Shown here: piece after piece, positions 38,207 to 47,943 of the stretch | How the letters are laid out: each line of letters starts with the position of its first letter | Numbering within the stretch: position 1 is the stretch's first letter | DNA from: a virus | Taxonomy: Duplodnaviria; Caudoviricetes | Reading direction: 5' to 3' (one strand) | Length of the DNA: 64,000 nucleotides | Virus record (IMG/VR): IMGVR_UViG_3300032007_000036 | Span: 67,443 to 131,442 of that record | The notes under the pieces: model-generated | Database searches by the model: none | What the model was told of the DNA's origin: nothing | The model's input: only the letters and a program-made list of their open reading frames with translations | Translations under genes and position numbers: made by a program

Positions 38207-40552
38207 TTAGGGAAGGGTGTCGTAGTTTACAGTAAACTCCGCCGCTGTCTTTCCGCACTTTGTCTCGTAGATCAGTGTAATAGGAATAACAGTGCCGGAT
38301 GTTGCAACCGGGGTCTCACCAGACGCCGGGGTATACTCGAACTTGACTATGTAACTGTAAAATGTTCCATCAAGTATTCCCTGATCGTTAAGATCGGAAG
38401 ATACTGAGACATCACGAGTTATTATAGTTCCTCCAGATATCGGATATTTAATCTTTAGAGAGACTCCAGAGTGTAGATTAGTTCCCTCTAATAGCTTACT
38501 TCCATCTGCAGTGAACTTTGTACCATCCCACTTAACATGTGAGGCCGTGATGATTGGAGACCAGTCGGTTCCGTCATCCATCTCTGTGAGCTCACCAATG
38601 ACAAGTCTGCTATAAGGCTGAGTAATCTTAACCTTAGCTGGAAGCTTATGAGCTTGCCATTTTTCATTTACAATTACTGTCTTTATTCCTTTTGGTAACT
38701 CATCAAAGTTGAAACCTACTGGCATTCCTGAACACATCTCCGGTTCATTTGGAAGATATATTTCGTAGTTACGAAGACCTCCCACAGGAGGGTCTAAATA
38801 TATTTCAGTCGAAGGACCGCAGTTGAATTCAGGAAGTATGGTAGATATGGACCCAGGTTCTAGATTAATTGCTATCTCTCCACCTGAGGAGATCACATCA
38901 GAAGAAATGACAGCTTCTTTTGGATCTGCAGAACCTCCGACAAGTCTCCCGTTCTCCACAATCTTGACTCCCATGAACTGAAGAGAATTTGGAGTTGAGT
39001 TGGTTCCTGTTCCTATCTGGAATGCTCCGGCGGCATCAGCTTTGGCTCGATATCCAATTGCTCCTGTACTCTCATCTGTTGCTTTTGCATTGAATCCAAC
39101 TGCAATAGCATTCGCTCCAGACGCAAGTGCCAGATCAGAGTTTGGATTCACTGTACCGTTCATTGTATTAGTTAAGAAGTAATTCTGTCCTGACTTTTGA
39201 GCGGCACCTATTGCGATTGAGTTATCTCCTACAGCGTTGGCGCGCCAACCTAATGCAATACCGTACTTTCCATAAGCAAATGAGTTAGGTCCTAACGCAA
39301 CTGCTGCCTGTCCTGGAGCATCAGAATCGCGACCAATAGCCACGTTCTGCAAATGCGTCCCAGAAGATCCATTCGCACTGGAATTTTGTCCAATGGATAC
39401 ACTGTAATCTAGTTGGGTCTTAACTACTGCAGTACCATTGACGAAATTTGTAACTACTCGGGTTTCTCCTAAATGATTTCCTGTAAGATCTGACAGGTTC
39501 CGATCGTTTACGTAAACTCCACATAAAGGATTATCTAAGAAACTAGGAACAACAAAATTAACAGTTCCATCTCCGTGCGATACACCGTAATCGGCGTTAT
39601 GTCTGCCACGTTTCCAGTCTGGAGGATCTAACTCGTATTGTACATATCTACCGTTTGAATCTGGAGAATCCAGCACAGCAGTTATGCCTACAAGTGTCTC
39701 AGTTAACGCTTTCTTGGTTCCACCACTAGGAGTATATACAACTCTTATACTGATGATGTTGTCAACTACTCTCTTATCAGCATTAGCAGCCGTTGTTGAC
39801 GGAGTGCGACACCATTCTTCAAACTCAATAACTACACCTGCAGCATTAGCTGAAATTGCAGCTTGAGATGACGCATCAGATTCTGATATCACTCTATCGA
39901 AGTAAAAATCTGCACTAGGTCTAACGCCGTGACCTATGACAACAGATCTATTGTGTAGCGCTGTCAACCCGTAACCAAGTGTCGTGGAATTAGGAGAAAG
40001 AGAATTCAGCTGACTTCCGAATGCGTAAGAATGCATGTACTTAGCCTTGTTGCTCACACCAACTGAAATAGAATATCTTGCTTCATTCGGTTTAAGAACT
40101 CCTCCTTTAAGTACACCTCCAACCCAATCGTCACCATAACCTACCATACTGTCTATTCCGATGACAGTATTGAACGATCCATAAGCGTATGAAGGATACG
40201 CTCCGTACGGATTTATAGCAACAATGCCCAAAGGTTGTCCATAAGCATTAGTTGCAGCATTTGCACCTCCACCTATGGCAACATTTCCTTTCTCGACTCC
40301 AGAAATATTTGTAGATACATTCGAGAACGGACCTATCTTCGCATACAGAGCATCTTCTTTTTCACCTGCAATCTCAGTGGCAATTTCTACCACGTTGCTG
40401 TGCATCACATACTCAGTTTTAGAAGGAGCAGTACTTTTGGTGTACTGGTACGTGCTGGTAACGCCATTGTGCACTACCTCTTTGTCGGCATATGACATAT
40501 GCGACATGAGTGTCGATGCTGCAATCAATCCTGCAACAATTAATTTTTTCAT
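38207..40552 (-). CDS. Signal-peptide-bearing protein with YadA-head-like repeats
   Basis: MKKLIVAGLIAASTLMSHMSYA; repeats NVAIG, SVSIG, AVALG, GIALG, NSIAIG, AIAVG, TGAIG. Confidence 0.7.
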   Translation of the reverse strand: MKKLIVAGLIAASTLMSHMSYADKEVVHNGVTSTYQYTKSTAPSKTEYVMHSNVVEIATEIAGEKEDALYAKIGPFSNVSTNISGVEKGNVAIGGGANAATNAYGQPLGIVAINPYGAYPSYAYGSFNTVIGIDSMVGYGDDWVGGVLKGGVLKPNEARYSISVGVSNKAKYMHSYAFGSQLNSLSPNSTTLGYGLTALHNRSVVIGHGVRPSADFYFDRVISESDASSQAAISANAAGVVIEFEEWCRTPSTTAANADKRVVDNIISIRVVYTPSGGTKKALTETLVGITAVLDSPDSNGRYVQYELDPPDWKRGRHNADYGVSHGDGTVNFVVPSFLDNPLCGVYVNDRNLSDLTGNHLGETRVVTNFVNGTAVVKTQLDYSVSIGQNSSANGSSGTHLQNVAIGRDSDAPGQAAVALGPNSFAYGKYGIALGWRANAVGDNSIAIGAAQKSGQNYFLTNTMNGTVNPNSDLALASGANAIAVGFNAKATDESTGAIGYRAKADAAGAFQIGTGTNSTPNSLQFMGVKIVENGRLVGGSADPKEAVISSDVISSGGEIAINLEPGSISTILPEFNCGPSTEIYLDPPVGGLRNYEIYLPNEPEMCSGMPVGFNFDELPKGIKTVIVNEKWQAHKLPAKVKITQPYSRLVIGELTEMDDGTDWSPIITASHVKWDGTKFTADGSKLLEGTNLHSGVSLKIKYPISGGTIITRDVSVSSDLNDQGILDGTFYSYIVKFEYTPASGETPVATSGTVIPITLIYETKCGKTAAEFTVNYDTLP

Positions 40553-40629
40553 TGTCGTTCCTTTCGAATCTTTTTGCTTGGTTGACTAAAGTAGGTACAT
40601 AAATACATAAGAGAAAACTCTTTTTATAC

Positions 40630-41076
40630 CTACTTTTGTTTAGACGGATAGTACTTCTCTATGACTTCATCGAACACGTCGAATCCGTTCTGTGCTCTAG
40701 GCATACCAGTATTCTTGTCGATCTGGACTGCAGAGTCATCACAGAAGAACATCATTTCCCAGTCCTTTTCAGAAGTGACAGGGAGTTCTTCCCCTATGTG
40801 CTTCTTCGCCCACGCCCTGATGACATTGGCCATGTCTTCATAGGAGACCTTGTTCAATGACCTAGAAGCGTGAGACAGTCTAGCAGTGAAGATCTTGACT
40901 ATAATTCCTCTCTTCCTCCAGGCTTTGATCCTGTCGACCATCTTCGGTACAGGATCACCTATGTAATCCCAACTTTTGAAGTGATCGTACTTGGCGAGAG
41001 TACCATCCAGATCCACTCCTATCCATCCCTGAGCTTTAGGTTTGTCTTGGTCTTCCCTAGTGGCAAATTTGATCAT
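40630..41076 (-). CDS. HAD-superfamily (capless, PNK-phosphatase-like) protein
   Basis: WIGVDLDGTLA (motif I), IFTAR, K, and CDD (motif IV). Confidence 0.85.
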   Translation of the reverse strand: MIKFATREDQDKPKAQGWIGVDLDGTLAKYDHFKSWDYIGDPVPKMVDRIKAWRKRGIIVKIFTARLSHASRSLNKVSYEDMANVIRAWAKKHIGEELPVTSEKDWEMMFFCDDSAVQIDKNTGMPRAQNGFDVFDEVIEKYYPSKQK

Positions 41077-41161
41077 AACTACTTCCTTGTAGTAATGTTT
41101 ATAACTATAAAATCGTCAAAAAAGAGACCGATCCTACAGCGAGGAAAGGTCTCTCCCGGAC

Positions 41162-41860
41162 TTAGTTAGGCCTGGGCAGGGTAACCCCACAGATATCACC
41201 GATTCTAGGTCCGAACTGGTGTTTGTGGAGTCTTGCAGCGACCCTGCGATCAGCAGCTTTTTCTAGGAAGGAAGCCACACGAAATGCAGTGAAGATATGG
41301 AAGGATTCCATACCCTTAGTCATCTCGTTGAGTTTAGCAACCTTGAAGTTGTGCCTCTGTGCAGAGCGTGCAGCAGCAACTGCGGATTTGGGTGAAGGGA
41401 AGGTGATCATAGCCAATCCTGGCATGCAATCCATCAGGTAATTGATGAGGTCGACTACTTTCCTGTGAGTGATAACATCCTTGTGAGCTACAAGCTTACC
41501 GGATGCTACTGCCCTGGAAATCAGCGATCCATCTACAATCCCGTAGGCCTCCCTGAGTGAAGCCTCGAAGACAATCGACCTGTCTTCATTGCGCTTGTTG
41601 ATGAACTCATCAAGCACCGCAAGAAGCGCAGGCTTCTCCTCGAAGTCCTCCCAACCGTTAACCACCTCTCTGGCGGCGATAACGTCTTCCGTGAGCATGG
41701 AAGGATTAACCTTCCTGTACAACAGAAGAGTACCGAAGTCGAAGAGGCACGACTTGCCTTTCACCTGGACTTTGTTGTAACCGAGTGGAACGATCCACTT
41801 GTTCCCTGTGAACGACATAATCGTCGCAGTCTTGTTTCTGTAGTCAAAACGTACGATCAT
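41162..41860 (-). CDS. Hypothetical protein behind the conserved promoter cassette
   Basis: 232 aa, AAGGAG SD. Confidence 0.75.
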   Translation of the reverse strand: MIVRFDYRNKTATIMSFTGNKWIVPLGYNKVQVKGKSCLFDFGTLLLYRKVNPSMLTEDVIAAREVVNGWEDFEEKPALLAVLDEFINKRNEDRSIVFEASLREAYGIVDGSLISRAVASGKLVAHKDVITHRKVVDLINYLMDCMPGLAMITFPSPKSAVAAARSAQRHNFKVAKLNEMTKGMESFHIFTAFRVASFLEKAADRRVAARLHKHQFGPRIGDICGVTLPRPN

Positions 41861-41869
41861 AATTTCTCC

Positions 41870-41901
41870 TTTGTGGTTATAGACTACAGATGTAATTTAT
41901 A
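41870..41901 (-). promoter_or_regulatory. Dispersed promoter/leader cassette, copy 1 (lacks upstream TGTAG)
   Basis: TATAAATTACATCTGTAGTCTATAACCACAAA directly before the SD. Confidence 0.7.
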
Positions 41902-41940
41902 TTCTAGATGGAATGATAAACAAAAAGAAAGTCCCCTAAC

Positions 41941-42306
41941 CTATTGGGAATCCCAATAGGTTAGGTAACTGTTGTCAGCCACCGGAAGGGTAGCACCGGT
42001 GCACTCAACCTTGGCTTGATCCATGTTCATTGGCTTACCGCAGTCATCTCCTGGAACATCCCAGAACGACGGCATGCGTTTGTTCAGACGTACTGAATGC
42101 TTGAGTTTGCATGGACCTGAAACATCCACGAAATCGTGTGATCCGCAGAACGGGCAGGTTATTGTCATCGGAACAGGCTTGTAATGTTCAGGCATAGTCT
42201 TGGTGCCTAATCCAAGACCAGTGTCGATATACATCCTACATCCTTTTCTGCACTTCATACATCCGTACATCATGTAGTACTCAGCATGTCTGGAGTGTTT
42301 AGCCAT
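41941..42306 (-). CDS. Small Zn-finger protein
   Basis: CMKC...CPFC; start reassigned to MAKHSR at 42306. Confidence 0.7.
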   Translation of the reverse strand: MAKHSRHAEYYMMYGCMKCRKGCRMYIDTGLGLGTKTMPEHYKPVPMTITCPFCGSHDFVDVSGPCKLKHSVRLNKRMPSFWDVPGDDCGKPMNMDQAKVECTGATLPVADNSYLTYWDSQ

Positions 42307-42730
42307 CGGATGGTTCCTTACATAGGTTGTTATCGTTCTTGAGTGTGTATTCGATTCCGAAGATGTACCACTGTCCGGCCTTGTAGTAACTGACTTCTTT
42401 TTCTGGAACGATCTTGAAATCGGAATCGAACTCACTGGCAGTAACTTTCGACCCATACAACTCTACAGGATGCATGAATAGAGTTACGCTGTCACAATTA
42501 TACTTGAATTTCACCTTAGCAGTGAACTTCAGTACAAGTGTGTTGTTGCACGGATTGTACTGCGGTGTCTGGTTAAGCACCATCTCAGCATCGTTGCCCT
42601 GGAAGGGATAATCGTTTTTCGTCGATAACCCTCTCATGCAAACGTTGAACTTTGATGGTATGTAGTTCGACATCAGTTCCTTGAACCTGTGAAGAACTGG
42701 GTGCGCAAGCTTGATAGCAATGTCTTTCAT
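42299..42730 (-). CDS. Hypothetical protein
   Basis: 143 aa, GGAGG SD, coupled. Confidence 0.7.
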   Translation of the reverse strand: MKDIAIKLAHPVLHRFKELMSNYIPSKFNVCMRGLSTKNDYPFQGNDAEMVLNQTPQYNPCNNTLVLKFTAKVKFKYNCDSVTLFMHPVELYGSKVTASEFDSDFKIVPEKEVSYYKAGQWYIFGIEYTLKNDNNLCKEPSDG

Positions 42731-43302
42731 CAGTGTCCTCCAGTTGCAACAAATTCAATTTGTTTTCTGATCTTGTTGACTCTGTCCCAGTTAGTAGTTA
42801 GTATACTTTCAACTGAGTAGACAGTGGAGTATCTGATGGAAGAGTCTACCCCGAAGATAGCATCGATCCATGTTTTAAGCCTTGGTCTACAGGTGCGAAG
42901 ATTTTCATTTAGATTGATCTTGCTGACAAGCTTATCAATCTTCTTTTCTATCTTCTGAGATTTAGGCTTTCCGTTGTAGAATGGTGTGTTACGATCGATT
43001 CTACGGACTTTACCATACTTATCGATAGTTAGTTCTACAACAGGACACGACGTGTAGTCGAACCCTCTTCCCCAGTCGCCATAACCAGAGTAGTAATTGC
43101 CTATGTCGATCCTGATGAGTTCAACTTCTTGAGGTATACAGCTATACGCGTTCTTTCCTTCAGGAGACAGTTTGTACTCTGCGCTGTAGTTGACCCCATT
43201 CCAGATGCGCACAGTGCCTTCTCCGAGGATAGATATGAGTTTGTCCACTGGAGACATCCTCAAATAGTTTATCCACGATAGAAATTTGCTTAGCATTGTC
43301 AC
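42730..43302 (-). CDS. Hypothetical protein
   Basis: 190 aa, coupled. Confidence 0.7.
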   Translation of the reverse strand: MTMLSKFLSWINYLRMSPVDKLISILGEGTVRIWNGVNYSAEYKLSPEGKNAYSCIPQEVELIRIDIGNYYSGYGDWGRGFDYTSCPVVELTIDKYGKVRRIDRNTPFYNGKPKSQKIEKKIDKLVSKINLNENLRTCRPRLKTWIDAIFGVDSSIRYSTVYSVESILTTNWDRVNKIRKQIEFVATGGH

Positions 43303-43715
43303 TGTCCTCTGTGAATGATTTCTTCGACTGTTTGCTTCATGCGACTTTCCAACATTCCACTGAAAGCCGTGGCTGTTATGAAGTTGTCGAGGAGGTTCTG
43401 CATGATGGCTGCAGCCAAGATCTCTCTGTAGTTGTTCTTGAGATCGTCGAGCATAGCCTTCTTGATCTCCTCGATCTCTGGACCGAACTTGATCTCCTTG
43501 ACAGCTGCTTCTGCGAGAGGTCCGAGAACGATCTTCTTGTTGTAGTAATCACCTGTTTCTTTGATTAAGGCACCGTGAAGATTCGGGTTCTTGTTGAACG
43601 ACTCAAGAATGACCTGCTTGAGGATGTCCGCGAGTTCTTCCTTGGTGAGACTTTCTAGTCCGTCGTTGATGACCTTCTCGAAGGACGACGCTTCAACTTC
43701 GATGTTCAGTTTCAT
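43299..43715 (-). CDS. Hypothetical protein
   Basis: 138 aa, AAAGGA SD. Confidence 0.75.
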   Translation of the reverse strand: MKLNIEVEASSFEKVINDGLESLTKEELADILKQVILESFNKNPNLHGALIKETGDYYNKKIVLGPLAEAAVKEIKFGPEIEEIKKAMLDDLKNNYREILAAAIMQNLLDNFITATAFSGMLESRMKQTVEEIIHRGQ

Positions 43716-43827
43716 GTGAGTTTCCTTTCGTTTTGATGATTAGGACATAGAAGTTATATATTTCTTAAAGTAATACGAAAAAGAACACCCCCGTGGGAGG
43801 TGCTCTTCCCACGGAGCACATGAAGGT

Positions 43828-43968
43828 TCACTTCATGTACACCGTGTCTCCAATGATATCGCCGACGATGGTACCGTCGACGACAAGCTTCGCACTGCGG
43901 TCATCGCCTACGACTTCGGCTTTGATTCCGGCGTGCTCAAGACGCTCAAGCATAACAGACAGGCTCAT
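43828..43968 (-). CDS. 46-aa hypothetical protein
   Basis: MSLSVMLERLEHAG...; AAGGA SD; GTATATATCAC upstream. Confidence 0.6.
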   Translation of the reverse strand: MSLSVMLERLEHAGIKAEVVGDDRSAKLVVDGTIVGDIIGDTVYMK

Positions 43969-44111
43969 GGTTTGTTCCTTTTTACTGAAGGCGTAATTAC
44001 CATTCAGTCTACCAAGGTGATATATACTTGAAGTCAAAACGATCTAGGAAAGAAAAGAACTAACTACCTCCAGGCTCCATGAAGGAACCCGGAGGTAGTG
44101 TAGTCATTGAG

Positions 44112-45269
44112 TTATGCAGAGAGTTCCTTGAGAGGAAGCGCCGACACGTCCCTGGCAGCAATAGACAGTGCTGCAGGCATCTTCTTGGCGTGAGCAAGCA
44201 TCTGTGCACGAATCTGCATCATGTACATAACAGCCTGCATAGCCTGGAACTTGAGCCTCTGAATCTCTTCGTCGTCACCGGAGCTGTTACCGAGTTTGTT
44301 TTTGATCTCAGTAACAGCGGTGTCGCAAGACTTGCCGAGATTCTGGCATCCGAGGTAGATCACACCGTTGTTGGTAAGAAGACCAGCAACCTTGTTGCAA
44401 TCTTCGAGTGACTTGATACCTGCTTTCTCGCAGGTGACCTCAGACCACTCTGCCTCGATGATGTTGTTCTCAACGTCGTTCTTGTCCGTGATCTGGAGAA
44501 GCTCAGCTTTGGATTTGGTGCACCAATCCTTCGCCTCACGAATAGCAAGAGCATATTCTTCTTTGCTCTTAGCAGACTTAAACTTATTCAGGATACCATC
44601 GCACAGACCCATCAAGCTGCGTATCTTCTCGAAGAGAGTGCTGAGCCACTTCTTGAGGTTAGCAAGCGACAAGAAACTGAATATACCTTTCTTGGTCTTC
44701 TTCTCATCAGCTCCGCAGAACTTCTTGAACCCGTCGTAAGCTGCCTTTGTTGAAGCAACAGACTTCGGGACCGGTTCAGTCTTGACCTTCTCCTTAGCCT
44801 TCTCGACTTTCTCCTTGGGAGCTTCAGTTTCTTTCTTCTTGGCATCGCGCATGTTTTGCTGTGTCTGCTGATCAGCATCCGTAACCGCCTTGGCAGAAGC
44901 ATCGTTCTTGAAAAGACCTTTGATCCAGTCAATGAAACGTTTTACCCATTCAGATACCGTGTTCCACGCATCCTTGAGAAGACCTTCCATACCAGCCTGT
45001 ACTTTAACAGTGCTGAGTGCTTCGCATGCACACCCAAGAGACTTGGCAAGAGTTCCTTCAGGATCGCAGTTGTCGATGTACCACTGAACGCCGTTCTTCG
45101 CGATGCAATCCTGAGCGAACTTCATGTTGTCGATCACAGTACCTAGTTCGTTAACTTCAATACCGAGAGCAAGAACTGATTCGTAAGCGGAATAAACTTC
45201 TTCCGCCTGATCGAACAGATCAGTCATCTCCACCGTGGAAGACTGATCCTGCGTACCGAATTTGATCAT
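44112..45269 (-). CDS. Inner head protein paralogue
   Basis: AGMEG followed by AWNTVSEWVKRFIDWIKGLF. Confidence 0.75.
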   Translation of the reverse strand: MIKFGTQDQSSTVEMTDLFDQAEEVYSAYESVLALGIEVNELGTVIDNMKFAQDCIAKNGVQWYIDNCDPEGTLAKSLGCACEALSTVKVQAGMEGLLKDAWNTVSEWVKRFIDWIKGLFKNDASAKAVTDADQQTQQNMRDAKKKETEAPKEKVEKAKEKVKTEPVPKSVASTKAAYDGFKKFCGADEKKTKKGIFSFLSLANLKKWLSTLFEKIRSLMGLCDGILNKFKSAKSKEEYALAIREAKDWCTKSKAELLQITDKNDVENNIIEAEWSEVTCEKAGIKSLEDCNKVAGLLTNNGVIYLGCQNLGKSCDTAVTEIKNKLGNSSGDDEEIQRLKFQAMQAVMYMMQIRAQMLAHAKKMPAALSIAARDVSALPLKELSA

Positions 45270-45388
45270 AGTAAGACCTCTGTTTTAGGGTTAAATCTAT
45301 AAAATAGTCCTAATAAAAAAATAAGGGGTAGTTGGAGGAGATTCGTCTCCTCCAACTACCTTCCTCATTGCTGTATCGAGTGTACAGA

Positions 45389-46399
45389 TTACTTGGCCTT
45401 GGGAGCCTTGTAACCGACCTTGACCGCCTTCGCGAGCTGGGCACCGATCTTGAGAACGAGCTTGTTCTCATAACGGACCATCTCGAGAGCCTGGCGATAA
45501 GCCTCGTACTTGTCCTTGATAGCCTGACGCTTGGCATCTCCAGTAGAACCTTCGATGTTGGCAGCGGCGCCGGCTTCCTTGACGAGAGCATCCATACCAG
45601 CCGTGAGGTACTTGGACGCGTTCTGGAGCTGCACGCTGCGAGCCGCGTTGATGTACCAGGAGACATGCTCCACGAGCGTCTGGAAGGAGAAGAGAGACGA
45701 GAGTTTGGCTTCCTGCCGGCTCTTGCTGCAGAAATCGTCGATCGACTTCTTGTTGCCCTCCCATCCCTTGAGTTCGCGCATACCGTTGCCACCGACCTTG
45801 GCCGTCTTGACGGCGGTCTCGATCATGGTGACGAGAGCAGCGTGCGTGGACTCGATCTGCTTGAGCTCCTGCTGACCAGCGCAAGCGACCATAGCATCGC
45901 CGTTGAAGCTCTCAGCCTTCCAGGTCTTGATGACCTCGACGGCCTTGATGTACTTCGCACGCGCGGTGAAGAGCGACTTGAACCAGTTGACGATCTTCGC
46001 CCAGAGGTTCTTGAGGTACTGAACGAACTTCGCCCAGTACTCAGCCATCTTGCCCTCGACGCCCTCGACATACTTGGCCGAGAGAGCCTTGACCTGATCC
46101 TCACCGAGCGCTTCGAGACCAGCAACCGTCAGATTCTCCTGACCGATGCAAGCCGAGAGTTCGCCTTCGGAGTTGAACACGCCAAGCACATTGGCCGTGA
46201 GACCGCCGTTCTTGAGCGACTCGCAGGCAATCGACAGATTGTCGAACACCTGGCAGATTTCGGCGCCATCAGCCTGAGCTTCCATGAGCGCTTCGGTAGC
46301 GGCGGAAAGCTCTTCGATCGACTCGATGAGCGACTCCTCACTAGCGACAACACTCTTGACACGCTGCAGGGATGCATTCGTATCGAACTTAAGTGCCAT
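45389..46399 (-). CDS. Inner head protein paralogue (probably abundant)
   Basis: AGLEA and GVEG followed by YWAKFVQYLKNLWAKIVNWFKSLF; very strong C/G-ending codon bias. Confidence 0.8.
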   Translation of the reverse strand: MALKFDTNASLQRVKSVVASEESLIESIEELSAATEALMEAQADGAEICQVFDNLSIACESLKNGGLTANVLGVFNSEGELSACIGQENLTVAGLEALGEDQVKALSAKYVEGVEGKMAEYWAKFVQYLKNLWAKIVNWFKSLFTARAKYIKAVEVIKTWKAESFNGDAMVACAGQQELKQIESTHAALVTMIETAVKTAKVGGNGMRELKGWEGNKKSIDDFCSKSRQEAKLSSLFSFQTLVEHVSWYINAARSVQLQNASKYLTAGMDALVKEAGAAANIEGSTGDAKRQAIKDKYEAYRQALEMVRYENKLVLKIGAQLAKAVKVGYKAPKAK

Positions 46400-46464
46400 A
46401 TGCTACACTTTCTTGTTTAATTGTTCTTAGCACGCATAACATAGTAGACATGAAGTATTTAAGT

Positions 46465-47274
46465 TTACAACCACTCATAATCCCATGCTACATACTTAAA
46501 TTCACCGACGGAATAGGTTCTGTTGATACCAAGAGTACGGATTTTACCTATTTGTTCATAGGTGTCACCTCTAGCAGGATCATACCAGTTTACCACGAAG
46601 GCTTGATCCTCCTCATGAGCTATTAGCCTAAGGAATCCGATTATGGAATGTGTAGCCGGGCTCCTGATAGTTCCACCTTTTTCGAAATCAAGATGAAACT
46701 TACTCGTGCACTTCTCGAATGTTGCTTCGATTAGGTCTTTGTCAGGAGTTCCGGTGTCAGAACGAACAAGAATAGCTTGTTTGGTCTTGTTCTTGAGGTA
46801 GTCTGACTTAGATACTAACTTGATCCTCTCGGCAGTAGCATCCATGAGATAGATCTCATCCTTAATGTTGATAAGGTTGAAGACATGTCCGCTACCAGAC
46901 TCCCATGTAGTTGAGATAATGGCTCTTGCACCATTTCCCCACTTCTTCATAGTAGATTCGATCTTGCTGACGCAGTCCTTCCCAGGAATAGCAACAGGAT
47001 CAATCTTCTTGAATAGGTGCCACATGGCATGTGGTGACTTACTTCCATTAGGAACGTCGAATACCCTGTCGAACGGAGAGTTAGTCGGAGTTACCTCCTT
47101 ACTTACGCCTCTGTACTTGAGTTCCAGAGCAGCAGCAAACTTCTGACAATTGTTGGAGACATTGAACTTGCTAAGTTCCTTGAGGAATTTCTTGGCTTTC
47201 TTGATCTCTGGATCTTCAGGGTCTCCTGGTTTTGTATCCTTAGATTCTAGAGCCAATTCGAATTTCACTTTCAT
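46465..47274 (-). CDS. Papain-fold toxin-like (Tox-PL/glutamine deamidase-type) domain protein
   Basis: NNCQKFAAALELKYRG (Cys), GARAII..W..GSGHVFN (His), IYLMDA (Asp); N-terminal ALES. Confidence 0.7.
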   Translation of the reverse strand: MKVKFELALESKDTKPGDPEDPEIKKAKKFLKELSKFNVSNNCQKFAAALELKYRGVSKEVTPTNSPFDRVFDVPNGSKSPHAMWHLFKKIDPVAIPGKDCVSKIESTMKKWGNGARAIISTTWESGSGHVFNLINIKDEIYLMDATAERIKLVSKSDYLKNKTKQAILVRSDTGTPDKDLIEATFEKCTSKFHLDFEKGGTIRSPATHSIIGFLRLIAHEEDQAFVVNWYDPARGDTYEQIGKIRTLGINRTYSVGEFKYVAWDYEWL

Positions 47275-47930
47275 TTGAATACCTCGCTGTCCGGTTTAGT
47301 GTATCTTTCTCCAGGATTAGGTATTGACTGTTCAAGTTTGAAAGTTTTCTTAGATTTCTTTCCTTTGAATACACCGTTTCCGAGATGTTCTAGTTCTTCC
47401 CACTCGCACCCCTTAAGAAGTTTGGATGCGATGATTATTTCAGGATAAGCGTCTTTCGGATGATGCTTGTCAAAATATTCCAGAGTACCTAGATACAAAC
47501 CACCCTTCATTTCGCTCAATTTTTTACCAAACCTCTTTAGTACACGTTGTTCATGTTCCTTAAACGCTTTTTGCAACTGTTTGTCGCTATAGTCGCCATT
47601 AATGACAGCATCTCGCATCTTCTTAAGAAGCTCCGGATGTTTAGTGTGGATGAAATGATAGTGTGAATTCAATCCACAACACATCGTCGTACCGGCGAGA
47701 TTCTTTGGACGTTTGATGGCGTATATTCTATCAGTTTCATTTTTGAAATAATGACCGATCCAAGAGTAGATGACTGGGGATATGTAGATCTCGTCAGTTG
47801 CGTTTTCTAAAGGGTCATCCTTAGACCATGAACCAGATTTAAGAGGGTTGTTCCCGTCTGTAATTCTGAAAACGTACTCAACGTAAAACTTATCAGTTGA
47901 CTCGTTTTTTAGACTAAATTTAACAGCCAT
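47271..47930 (-). CDS. Hypothetical protein
   Basis: 219 aa, in an operon with toxin-like genes. Confidence 0.75.
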   Translation of the reverse strand: MAVKFSLKNESTDKFYVEYVFRITDGNNPLKSGSWSKDDPLENATDEIYISPVIYSWIGHYFKNETDRIYAIKRPKNLAGTTMCCGLNSHYHFIHTKHPELLKKMRDAVINGDYSDKQLQKAFKEHEQRVLKRFGKKLSEMKGGLYLGTLEYFDKHHPKDAYPEIIIASKLLKGCEWEELEHLGNGVFKGKKSKKTFKLEQSIPNPGERYTKPDSEVFK

Positions 47931-47943
47931 TTTTGTAACCCTT

